IMG/VR virus record: IMGVR_UViG_3300045988_108176 | Location: 1 to 55,487 of that record | Source of the DNA: a virus | Strand: one strand, 5' to 3' | Length of the DNA: 55,487 nt | Shown here: positions 28,653 through 35,735 of the stretch, one piece after another | How the letters are laid out: each line of letters starts with the position of its first letter | Numbering within the stretch: the stretch's first letter is position 1 | The notes under the pieces: model-generated | Databases searched by the model: none | Seen by the model: only the letters and a program-made list of their open reading frames with translations | What the model was told of the DNA's origin: nothing | Program-made: the position numbers and the translations under genes

Positions 28653-28784
28653 ATGAGTACAATGATATTGTTATTGGCTAAGATAGGGGGTATGATATTG
28701 TTTTATCTACCTTATGTATTGTTCGCAATATTCGAGATATTTGTATGTTATGCGTTTATCAATATCAAATGGTTTGAAAAGTAA
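28653..28784 (+). CDS. 43-aa hydrophobic micropeptide (cassette 1; paralogue of 29835)
   Basis: AGGAGG is 7 nt before the ATG. MSTMILLLAKIGGMILFYLPYVLFAIF... Not in the track (<60 aa). Confidence 0.55.
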   Translation: MSTMILLLAKIGGMILFYLPYVLFAIFEIFVCYAFINIKWFEK

Positions 28785-28803
28785 AGGATTAACCCAGACA
28801 AAG

Positions 28804-28863
28804 GCACTCACTTGAAAAACAGTGGGTGTTCTTTTTTGACGATAGAAACATCGTATATTATGG
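28804..28863 (+). promoter_or_regulatory. cassette junction J2
   Basis: Same hairpin and core. Confidence 0.6.
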
Positions 28864-28903
28864 GATAAATACCAAAAACTATATTTTTTGGAGGATTTTT
28901 GTT

Positions 28904-29227
28904 ATGAAAACGAACTCAAAGGAAATCGACGGAATGGAGAAAGTAAGGAAAGAATTCGAGGAGATGTCTGATGACAATCTAAAAAAATGGACAGAACTCG
29001 TCTTTCAAAAATATGAAGAATACGGTGGCGAGGTTATTGACGCTCACATAAACCCTGATACAGGCGAATTCTGTATCGAGTATAGAGCTGATGGAATTAG
29101 ACTACAAGATGTATTCCATATTCATAACTTTGATAAAGATGAGGGTCGTATTGATTGGATGTGTTGTACTCGAACGTTAGACCCTCTTTCTACGTTTATC
29201 GATGATGAGAACGAAGACAAAGAATAA
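28904..29227 (+). CDS. hypothetical acidic protein (cassette 2)
   Basis: 107 aa. Starts at the ATG after GGAGGA. The track start 28826 lies in the repeat. Confidence 0.6.
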   Translation: MKTNSKEIDGMEKVRKEFEEMSDDNLKKWTELVFQKYEEYGGEVIDAHINPDTGEFCIEYRADGIRLQDVFHIHNFDKDEGRIDWMCCTRTLDPLSTFIDDENEDKE

Positions 29228-29252
29228 GAATAAGGTTTAAAACCCAACTAGG

Positions 29253-29313
29253 GCACTCACTTGAAAAACAGTGGGTGTTCTTTTTTTAACGAGAAAAACA
29301 TATACTATTATGG
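29253..29313 (+). promoter_or_regulatory. cassette junction J3
   Basis: Same hairpin and core. Confidence 0.6.
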
Positions 29314-29353
29314 GATAAATACCCAAAACTATATTTTTTGGAGGATTTTTGTT

Positions 29354-29710
29354 ATGAAATGCTATACTAAGAAGAAGTCGGAAAACGTGCGTGCTGCATT
29401 TAAGGCACAGGCAGAAGCGGCTGAGTACAATTGGCGTTGCTTCTTTGACAAAACTTTTGAAACTTTAGGAGAGTACAGAATGTTGGACGTTTGGTCTAAT
29501 TATGAAACTTGCACGACGTGGTGTATGTTCGAATTTAACAATGAACGATATGATGTGGTCTTCGAGCTAGCAAAAGTGGGCAAAGATTGGAGCGTAAAGG
29601 AATTGAACTTTACCGTATTCGGTACTGACCTGCACATGGCAAGCGTTATTCGTAAATACCTTCTTGATGTATTGAAAAACGTACAAGAAAGAATGGAAAA
29701 CGAAAAATAA
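29354..29710 (+). CDS. hypothetical protein (cassette 3)
   Basis: 118 aa, same 5' UTR as cassette 2. Confidence 0.6.
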   Translation: MKCYTKKKSENVRAAFKAQAEAAEYNWRCFFDKTFETLGEYRMLDVWSNYETCTTWCMFEFNNERYDVVFELAKVGKDWSVKELNFTVFGTDLHMASVIRKYLLDVLKNVQERMENEK

Positions 29711-29733
29711 AAGGTAATATTTATCTACCAAAG

Positions 29734-29793
29734 GCACTCACTTGAAAAACAGTGGGTGTTCTTTTTTGACGATGGAAACAAGCGCTATTATGG
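29734..29793 (+). promoter_or_regulatory. cassette junction J4
   Basis: Same hairpin and core. The 5' UTR is the same as J1. Confidence 0.6.
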
Positions 29794-29834
29794 AGTAAAA
29801 TCCGAAATATTTTTGACATTTAGGAGGCAAAAAC

Positions 29835-29981
29835 ATGGTAACGATAGCAATATTGTCAATATTGTTGTTAGCAGTGATAGGAGGCATTATATTAAGTTAT
29901 ATGCCGTATATCTTAATAGCAATAATGGCAGCATCTGTTATTTTATTAACAGTGGCAGTCTGCAAATGGATTGTAAAATAA
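29835..29981 (+). CDS. 48-aa hydrophobic micropeptide (cassette 4; paralogue of 28653)
   Basis: MVTIAILSILLLAVIGGIILSYMPYILIAI...; AGGAGG SD. Confidence 0.55.
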   Translation: MVTIAILSILLLAVIGGIILSYMPYILIAIMAASVILLTVAVCKWIVK

Positions 29982-30003
29982 AGGATAAAAACCTAAAACT
30001 AGG

Positions 30004-30063
30004 GCACTCACTTGAAATACAGTGGGTGTTCCTTTTTGACGATAAAAACATAGTATATTATGG
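30004..30063 (+). promoter_or_regulatory. cassette junction J5
   Basis: Same hairpin (loop TTGAAATACA) and core. Confidence 0.6.
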
Positions 30064-30103
30064 AGTAAAATCCTAATAAAATTTTTAAAAATGGAGGCAT
30101 ACT

Positions 30104-30166
30104 ATGATTGTCGGTATAATACTATTGGTACTTGGTGTATATCTGATAACAAAGAATGACGGTTGA
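30104..30166 (+). CDS. 20-aa hydrophobic micropeptide (cassette 5)
   Basis: MIVGIILLVLGVYLITKNDG; GGAGG is 7 nt upstream. Confidence 0.35.
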   Translation: MIVGIILLVLGVYLITKNDG

Positions 30167-30194
30167 GAAAAATAAGGTAGGAATTAACACTAAG

Positions 30195-30254
30195 GCACTC
30201 ACTTGAAATACAGTGGGTGTTCCTTTTTGACGAGAAAAACATAGTATATTATGG
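30195..30254 (+). promoter_or_regulatory. cassette junction J6
   Basis: Same hairpin and core. Confidence 0.6.
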
Positions 30255-30337
30255 AGTAAATATATGATATAATTTTATTATGAAAGGAGGAAACTTATGT
30301 AATAAAATAAAGTTTCATATTTTTTGTTATCCTTTGG

Positions 30338-30397
30338 GCACTCACTTGAAATACAGTGGGTGTTCTTACTTGACGATAAAAACATAGTATATTATGG
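30338..30397 (+). promoter_or_regulatory. cassette junction J7 (weak T-run)
   Basis: Same hairpin and core. Confidence 0.5.
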
Positions 30398-30443
30398 AGT
30401 AAAATCCTAATAAAAATTTTTATATTTTTGGAGGAAATTTTTT

Positions 30444-30584
30444 ATGGCAACATTAATCATTTTAGGACTTGTTTGTTCTTTCGCCGGAGGCGTGCTTAGC
30501 GCAATCGGCAACAAAAAACAACAAAGAAAAATGGTACGGGAAGAAGTTAAGAAAATATATATCCACGGATTAAAAAAGAAGTAA
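30444..30584 (+). CDS. 46-aa TM + basic-tail micropeptide (cassette 7)
   Basis: MATLIILGLVCSFAGGVLSAIGNKKQQRK...; GGAGGA SD. Confidence 0.5.
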   Translation: MATLIILGLVCSFAGGVLSAIGNKKQQRKMVREEVKKIYIHGLKKK

Positions 30585-30602
30585 AGGATTAACCGGATAA
30601 GG

Positions 30603-30663
30603 GCACTCACTTGAAAAACAGTGGGTGTTCTTGTTTTTACCAGAAAAACATGTTGTTTTATGG
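30603..30663 (+). promoter_or_regulatory. cassette junction J8 (core variant TTTTATGG)
   Basis: Same hairpin; ccagAAAAACAtgttgTTTTATGG. Confidence 0.55.
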
Positions 30664-30705
30664 GATAAACGCCAATAATTTATATTTTATCGGAGGAAAG
30701 TAACG

Positions 30706-30873
30706 ATGTTCACAGGAGCATGGAAAGTGCTTATAGATATTATATATAACATTACAGGAAGTATGTGTTTAGGAGTATACATATTTTCTTTGTTGACAGT
30801 GTTAGAAATATTATCAATAAGTGTAATTATAGGAAACGTCGCATTACGAATCATTAGAAAAAATAAGAAATAA
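30706..30873 (+). CDS. 55-aa membrane micropeptide (cassette 8)
   Basis: CGGAGGA SD; hydrophobic core CLGVYIFSLLTVLEILSISVIIG. Confidence 0.5.
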   Translation: MFTGAWKVLIDIIYNITGSMCLGVYIFSLLTVLEILSISVIIGNVALRIIRKNKK

Positions 30874-30892
30874 GGTTTAAAACCCAAACTGG

Positions 30893-30952
30893 GCACTCAC
30901 TTGAAAAACAGTGGGTGTTCCATTTTAACATCAAAAACAAGCCCTATTATGG
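30893..30952 (+). promoter_or_regulatory. cassette junction J9
   Basis: Same hairpin, weak T-run, core catcAAAAACAagcccTATTATGG. Confidence 0.5.
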
Positions 30953-30991
30953 AATATTTTCCTAATTTATATTTTTTGGAGGACTTAAGAC

Positions 30992-31150
30992 ATGATTGAC
31001 AAAACGGGATATGACGTTGTGGAATTGAACGACTACAGAATGACTTGTTATCACAAATACGATGATATTAACAAGCTGCATCATTATGTAGTCGTCTACA
31101 TTAAGGACAACGGTGAAGCCGTAGAAACAATATGGACAGATAAAGAATAA
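30992..31150 (+). CDS. 52-aa soluble small protein (cassette 9)
   Basis: GGAGGA SD; MIDKTGYDVVELNDYRMTCYHKYDD... Confidence 0.5.
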   Translation: MIDKTGYDVVELNDYRMTCYHKYDDINKLHHYVVVYIKDNGEAVETIWTDKE

Positions 31151-31185
31151 CAAAAGATAAGACAGGACAGGAATTAACTATGAGA

Positions 31186-31245
31186 GCACTTACTTGAAAT
31201 ACAGTGGGTGTTCTTACTTGACGATAAAAACAAGTGCTATTATGG
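31186..31245 (+). promoter_or_regulatory. cassette junction J10 (stem variant GCACTTAC)
   Basis: Degenerate hairpin and core. Confidence 0.45.
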
Positions 31246-31285
31246 GAACTATTTCCTAATTTATATTTTTTTGGAGGTTTGTGTT

Positions 31286-31480
31286 ATGAACACTAAAGAC
31301 TTGACGATGAAACCGAAATATGAGGATTGTATTACAACAATGATATTGATTGTACAGAATCTGTGGAGCATGAGAACGGATGCGCAGATAACTGACAACC
31401 AATATATGGACATCCTCGCTATGATGGATGACATCGTGTATGGGTTGAGCGAGATTCTCGCAAACCAGAAATACGTGTAA
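31286..31480 (+). CDS. 64-aa small protein (cassette 10)
   Basis: GGAGG SD. The track start 31208 lies in the repeat. Confidence 0.55.
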   Translation: MNTKDLTMKPKYEDCITTMILIVQNLWSMRTDAQITDNQYMDILAMMDDIVYGLSEILANQKYV

Positions 31481-31502
31481 AATAGTTTAAACCCAAACTG
31501 GG

Positions 31503-31562
31503 GCACTCACTTGAAATACAGTGAGTGTTCTTGTTTTACCAGAAAAACATGTTGTTTTATGG
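31503..31562 (+). promoter_or_regulatory. cassette junction J11 (perfect stem GTGAGTG)
   Basis: Hairpin and core variant TTTTATGG. Confidence 0.55.
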
Positions 31563-31595
31563 GATAAATACCCAATTATATTTTTGGAGGATTGT

Positions 31596-31904
31596 ATGAA
31601 AAGAACCAAAACTAACTTTCAAAGCTTGAAAGCCGAGGAACGACGGATATTGGCTCAACTGAACAAACTTGACATCAATGATGATGACGAGTATGACAAA
31701 CAATTAACTCGATTGATTAAAATACGAGAGATGATTATCAAATCTACCGACGCGTACTCGAAGCGTCGCGAAATAGTATCATCACTTGTGCCAATAGGAG
31801 TAAGTTGTTGTGTCTTCTTGCTTTCATTATTTGTCGAATACTCAGGTGATTCGATGTTTACATCCGAAGCGTCAAAGGCTTTGTTTAAGAAGTTGACGAA
31901 GTAA
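31596..31904 (+). CDS. 102-aa protein with C-terminal TM segment (cassette 11)
   Basis: GGAGGA SD; LVPIGVSCCVFLLSLFV. Confidence 0.55.
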   Translation: MKRTKTNFQSLKAEERRILAQLNKLDINDDDEYDKQLTRLIKIREMIIKSTDAYSKRREIVSSLVPIGVSCCVFLLSLFVEYSGDSMFTSEASKALFKKLTK

Positions 31905-31940
31905 CAGTCAAAGAAAATAAGATATCTAAGGAGGTAAAAA

Positions 31941-31977
31941 TAGAACAGATTAAACAGTCTGTTCTATTGTTTCAAAA
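31941..31977 (+). terminator. 9-bp perfect hairpin (terminator and/or RBS-bridging structure)
   Basis: tagaacaga/ttaaacag/tctgttcta followed by ttgtttcaaaa. Lies between an orphan AAGGAGGT (31928-31935) and GTG 31978. Confidence 0.5.
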
Positions 31978-32700
31978 GTGAATAATAGGTTAAAATCTAA
32001 CATTTTAATTGGAGCTGGAATAGGGGGACTTATATTTTCCGGAATCCAGCTTTTCAACATCGGTAAAAAACACGCTAATTTGTATTCTGATAAGTTGATT
32101 TCCAGAAAACAGAAAATACAGAGCACGTGGAAAAGCTATATTCCGGTAGCGATTAATGTTGTTACGTCATCAGGTGCGATAATCGCAGGTGCTATTGGAT
32201 TGAATAATGCAATCGTAGCTACGTCTACACTGGTCGGAGTGACACAGAACGCTCTCGCTAGCTATAAATCAGCGGTTGCCGATACGGTTTCAAATGAAGT
32301 TAAAGACGCAATCCAAGAGAAAGCCAATAAAAAAGCCATGGACTCTGATGATTCAGAACCTTCTCCGAATGACACACCTAAGATGGAGGAAATGATGTGC
32401 TATGATTCATTTATCGGAAGATATTTTTATTCGAATATATTAAGTCTCGAACGAGCTATTAATAATGTGAACCGAGACTTAATGAATTACGATACATGTT
32501 CCTTAAATGAGTTCTACGCGTATCTAGATAAAGATGGTTCGGACGTCGGAAATATAGTCGGCTGGACGTCAAAAGAGTATGAACGTTCCGGCAATGGTCT
32601 TGATATTGTGTATCATTACGAAAAGTCAAAACACGGGTATCCGGTGCTGGTATTTTCGTATACTAGCGACCCGGTGTATAATTTTAACAAGTCTTATTAA
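31978..32700 (+). CDS. membrane protein, GW-motif family member 1 (GTG start uncertain)
   Basis: N-terminal TM segments; C-terminal SLNEFYAYLD...GNIVGWTSKEY. Confidence 0.5.
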   Translation: MNNRLKSNILIGAGIGGLIFSGIQLFNIGKKHANLYSDKLISRKQKIQSTWKSYIPVAINVVTSSGAIIAGAIGLNNAIVATSTLVGVTQNALASYKSAVADTVSNEVKDAIQEKANKKAMDSDDSEPSPNDTPKMEEMMCYDSFIGRYFYSNILSLERAINNVNRDLMNYDTCSLNEFYAYLDKDGSDVGNIVGWTSKEYERSGNGLDIVYHYEKSKHGYPVLVFSYTSDPVYNFNKSY

Positions 32701-32717
32701 TCTGGAGGCATAATCAT

Positions 32718-32891
32718 ATGAGTAGGAATGTGGAACTGATGAGGGAAATACGATTGTGGACAACTAACATAATCATCCCAGTCGGTATTGTTGCATTTAT
32801 CGTTATTAAACGAAATCCTGCAAAGTGGACGTCGTTTAAAAATTCTGTCAAGAACAAATTTAAAAAAGCTAAAGACGAGGTATCAAAATGA
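32718..32891 (+). CDS. 57-aa membrane protein, translationally coupled to 32888
   Basis: GGAGG SD; TM segment NIIIPVGIVAFIVI; ATGA overlap. Not in the track. Confidence 0.5.
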   Translation: MSRNVELMREIRLWTTNIIIPVGIVAFIVIKRNPAKWTSFKNSVKNKFKKAKDEVSK

Positions 32892-33628
32892 GTTTCAGTG
32901 AATTTTTTAAAAAAAACGGGCATTATATTCTTAGTGCTTTGAGCGTTGCAGGAACGGTAGCGTCTATCATACTTACAGCAAAGGTAACACCCAAAGCCGT
33001 ACAACGAAAAGAAGAGTTGAAAAAACAGAAGGGTGACGAATTTACAAAAAAGGACGCTATCATTAGCGATATTAAATCGTACGCTCCTGTAATAGCTACC
33101 GGAATAGGTACTGTGGCTAGCATCGTCGGAAATACGATTCTGTCAAACAGACAACAGGCATCTTTGATTGGATTGTATACGTTTGCGAATGCGTCATACG
33201 GAAAATACAAAGACAAAATCAATTCTGCATTGGAAAGGGCAGGACTTAAGGATAAAATTGAGGAAGACATCGTTAGACAAGATGCCCGTGATATGGGATT
33301 AACTATATCTGATGATAAGCCAGATACTATACTCGTATATGACATGTTTACTTTGTCATACATCGAAACTACGATAGACGAACTCTTGTCAGCAGAGAAT
33401 TACGTTAATGAACGAGTTCGTAAATACGGGCGGTGCTCTGTTGAACAATTCTATAACTGTTTAGACATGGATATTATCTTTAGGAATTATTATGACGACG
33501 AATATCCAATAAGCATGCGTAACTTGTGGTGGATAGATAACGAAGTCAATTTTGAGCATCGTAGAGCTTGCATAGATGAGAATTTTTATGTATTGATGTT
33601 GTCGTTTGAAGAACCGCAATTGCTGTAA
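32888..33628 (+). CDS. membrane protein, GW-motif family member 2 (divergent)
   Basis: Shared K.Y.P TM region and C-terminal CSVEQFYNCLD. Confidence 0.5.
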   Translation: MSFSEFFKKNGHYILSALSVAGTVASIILTAKVTPKAVQRKEELKKQKGDEFTKKDAIISDIKSYAPVIATGIGTVASIVGNTILSNRQQASLIGLYTFANASYGKYKDKINSALERAGLKDKIEEDIVRQDARDMGLTISDDKPDTILVYDMFTLSYIETTIDELLSAENYVNERVRKYGRCSVEQFYNCLDMDIIFRNYYDDEYPISMRNLWWIDNEVNFEHRRACIDENFYVLMLSFEEPQLL

Positions 33629-33640
33629 GGAGAATCGATA

Positions 33641-34324
33641 ATGCTGACTATAGATAAAGTAAGCGTTTATGGTTTCGAGGAGTCGATACGAGGGATGCGT
33701 AACCCATTTAACTCTTGGAGTAAGTCTGATAGTGGGTATGGTAATATCCCTCGTATGGACGCTTTAATAGGCGATACAGAAATTCATCTCGAAGCCGAAG
33801 ACCATGTATATCTTCTAGGGTGCAATGACGCAACTTTGATGAATCAACTTGTCAAAGCTGGGCCGTCGCACAGAAAGTTTATGAGAATGATAATAGTATA
33901 TATGGATATTGTCGCACCACTATATTGGTGGAAAGAGTATGATACTTACAAAATTGGAACTGTAAGTAATTCGTGCTCCACCATGCATAAAATAACTGCT
34001 AAAGTCTTTGATAGAGAAGATTTTAGCACGGATAAGTTGACAGATTTCGATTGTCTAGACAATATAATCGCATCTTTAAACAAGAATCGCGATTTATATT
34101 TAAAAACGTACGACAAAAAATATTGGTGGCAAATAATACAAACACTACCTAGTTCGTATAATCAAAAACGAACGGTTATGCTTAGTTATGAAGTATTACG
34201 CAAAATATATAATGAGAGAAATAATCATAAATTGGACGAATGGCGTAGTTTTTGTAAAAAAATACGTGAGTTGCCTAACAGTTGGCTTATAACAGGAGGA
34301 AGATTGGAAAATGAATGTGATTAA
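33641..34324 (+). CDS. hypothetical protein with ThyX-like segment order but no RHR..S..S.RY signature
   Basis: SHRKFMRM..VAPLYWWKEYDTYKIGTVSNSCSTMHKI aligns by eye to the ThyX core, but the catalytic motif is replaced. Confidence 0.3.
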   Translation: MLTIDKVSVYGFEESIRGMRNPFNSWSKSDSGYGNIPRMDALIGDTEIHLEAEDHVYLLGCNDATLMNQLVKAGPSHRKFMRMIIVYMDIVAPLYWWKEYDTYKIGTVSNSCSTMHKITAKVFDREDFSTDKLTDFDCLDNIIASLNKNRDLYLKTYDKKYWWQIIQTLPSSYNQKRTVMLSYEVLRKIYNERNNHKLDEWRSFCKKIRELPNSWLITGGRLENECD

Positions 34325-34442
34325 CGTTTTAGGAACCGTCTGTGATTTGATAGGCGGATTTCTTATCGCAAGATATTTGGAAGACGACATGAAAAAAGAA
34401 ATATCAGCAGAAATAAAAAAGTACGAGACGAAAACAAACTGA
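34311..34442 (+). CDS. possible 43-aa small ORF
   Basis: ATG overlaps the end of 33641. The SD is distant (11 nt). Weak. Confidence 0.25.
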   Translation: MNVINVLGTVCDLIGGFLIARYLEDDMKKEISAEIKKYETKTN

Positions 34443-34466
34443 CGAGAAAAACAAACGCTATTATGG
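34443..34466 (+). promoter_or_regulatory. promoter-like core c12
   Basis: cgagAAAAACAaacgcTATTATGG. Confidence 0.5.
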
Positions 34467-34500
34467 GACACTACCAAAAAAATAAAACTTGGAGGATACT

Positions 34501-34650
34501 ATGATAGTAGGGTTAATATTTGGAATAGTTTGTGTTGTATCAATTTCAAAGGCGGTCCGCAAGTATAAGAAAGACGAAGCGGAAGCATTGAGGAACGAAT
34601 GCGCACATCATATCCATAGAAGTGTACATCATAATATACATGATAGGTAA
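34501..34650 (+). CDS. 49-aa TM peptide with His-rich tail
   Basis: GGAGGA SD; MIVGLIFGIVCVVSIS...HHIHRSVHHNIHDR. Confidence 0.5.
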   Translation: MIVGLIFGIVCVVSISKAVRKYKKDEAEALRNECAHHIHRSVHHNIHDR

Positions 34651-34671
34651 AATAGGTAAGTAGAAAGCAAG

Positions 34672-34712
34672 AGGGTCATCAATAAAACGATGGCCTTTTT
34701 GTTTTATTTTTT
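34672..34712 (+). terminator. rho-independent terminator
   Basis: Stem agggtcatc/gatggcctt (two G-U pairs), 8-nt loop, long T-run. Confidence 0.6.
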
Positions 34713-34714
34713 GA

Positions 34715-34738
34715 CGAGAAAAACAAACTATATTATGG
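34715..34738 (+). promoter_or_regulatory. promoter-like core c13
   Basis: cgagAAAAACAaactaTATTATGG. Confidence 0.5.
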
Positions 34739-34779
34739 GATACTTCCCAATTTTTTAAATTAAGAGGAGATTTATTATT

Positions 34780-35073
34780 ATGAACGAACTCAACGAAAAC
34801 GTAACTCACGTAACTAACGCGGTTGAAAATGCGGTAACCCACTGTGTTGGTGCAACTGATATTACTGAAACAGCAGTATCATCAGCGAAAAATTTAACGC
34901 TTGGAGGAATAGGAATTGGCGTAGCTGCATCTGCAGCAATCGGCGGTCTTATTTACGGCGGAATTAAGCTGTATAAGCTGCTGGACAGAAAAATCAAGGA
35001 GCACAAAAACAGAAAGGTTGTTGACATCAACGACTGTGATGTGATTGATTGTGACGGAGAAGAAGTTAAATAA
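34780..35073 (+). CDS. small membrane protein
   Basis: 97 aa; GAGGAG SD; TM segment LGGIGIGVAASAAIGGLIYGGI. Confidence 0.55.
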   Translation: MNELNENVTHVTNAVENAVTHCVGATDITETAVSSAKNLTLGGIGIGVAASAAIGGLIYGGIKLYKLLDRKIKEHKNRKVVDINDCDVIDCDGEEVK

Positions 35074-35103
35074 AACTCAATACGATTAAAAAAGGAGGTA
35101 TGT

Positions 35104-35146
35104 AAAGGGGATTGTGATTAAAAACGCAGTCTCCTTTATATTTTTT
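35104..35146 (+). terminator. hairpin (8-bp stem, one G-U, 18-nt loop) + T-run; terminator or RBS-bridging structure
   Basis: aaagggga...tctccttt then atatttttt. Lies between an orphan GGAGG (35094-98) and ATG 35148. Confidence 0.4.
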
Positions 35147-35147
35147 C

Positions 35148-35723
35148 ATGGAAAATAAGGAACAAAATACGCCTAATACACCTAAGGCCAATCTGTCTAA
35201 ACCGGATTCAGTCTTTTTAAAAATGGCGAAAGACCTTTGGGTCGAGTTAATCAGCCCAAGTTTAAAAAATTTGTTGTCAAATTTGATTAAAAATGGCAGC
35301 GATTATCTTATTTATAGAAAAGATATAAAGTCTAACAATCAAGGTCGTTTTTCAAACGGAGGCAATTATACAAATTATAGTTTTCAAAACTATTCGAATA
35401 ATAACGGTTATACTAACTATAACCTTTCTAATAACAATCCACAAATTAACTCAATTAATTGGAAGAAAGCAACTGTATCAGATTACAGCAGTGTAAACTT
35501 TAATAATCCGACTGAAGCAAAAAATTTACTTCAGGCATTGACATCTAAAATAGAAGCTACTGGTATGGTTTCTGTTGCTGAGATGTACGATGCTCTGGAC
35601 ATTCCGTTCGATTATGTAACGAACGATTACGGCTGGACTTCATTACGGACAGCATCTGTTTACCTGTCAAACGGGAAATGGTATATAAAATTTCCCAAAC
35701 CCATATCATTTAAATCTATTTAA
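35148..35723 (+). CDS. Asn-rich protein with GW-motif C-terminal domain (family member 4)
   Basis: VSVAEMYDALDIPFDYVTNDYGWTS. No SD adjacent to the ATG. Confidence 0.5.
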   Translation: MENKEQNTPNTPKANLSKPDSVFLKMAKDLWVELISPSLKNLLSNLIKNGSDYLIYRKDIKSNNQGRFSNGGNYTNYSFQNYSNNNGYTNYNLSNNNPQINSINWKKATVSDYSSVNFNNPTEAKNLLQALTSKIEATGMVSVAEMYDALDIPFDYVTNDYGWTSLRTASVYLSNGKWYIKFPKPISFKSI

Positions 35724-35735
35724 GGAGCAAAGAAA

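Larger units (their letters stand above)
28290..31562 (+). repeat. array of 12 dispersed ~60-100-nt repeat units (terminator hairpin + promoter-like core + SD) separating tiny ORFs
   Basis: 11 copies of GCACTCACTTGAAAWACAGTGGGTGT plus 12 copies of CGAnAAAAACA-N5-TWTTATGG, read directly. Confidence 0.9.

Noticed and set aside
28540-31600. A CRISPR array, suggested by regularly recurring repeats with unique intervening sequence
   Set aside because: - Repeat units are ~60-100 nt and spaced irregularly, 190-450 nt apart.
- The intervening sequences carry an SD plus ORFs.
- The repeats contain a terminator-like hairpin and a promoter-like core.
- No cas genes are present.
28826-31904. Track ORF starts at 28826, 29261, 29756, 31208 and 31521, with N-termini such as MFFFDDRNIVYYG / MFLLDDKNKCYYG
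   Set aside because: - These N-termini are translations of the conserved repeat (T-run + core) from non-ATG starts.
- The real starts are the ATGs 6-8 nt after the GGAGG (28904, 29354, 31286, 31596).
- ORF 29756..30076 reads through a hairpin and two cassettes. It is replaced by 29835..29981 and 30104..30166.
33641-34324. Annotating this ORF as a functional thymidylate synthase, thyX
   Set aside because: The defining RHR..S....S.RY motif is absent. Only the overall segment order resembles ThyX, so no gene symbol is assigned.
35091-35105. A second start-stop element (GGAGG-T-ATG-TAA)
   Set aside because: Only 1 nt separates the SD from the ATG, too short for initiation. The SD is more plausibly linked to the downstream hairpin and ATG 35148.
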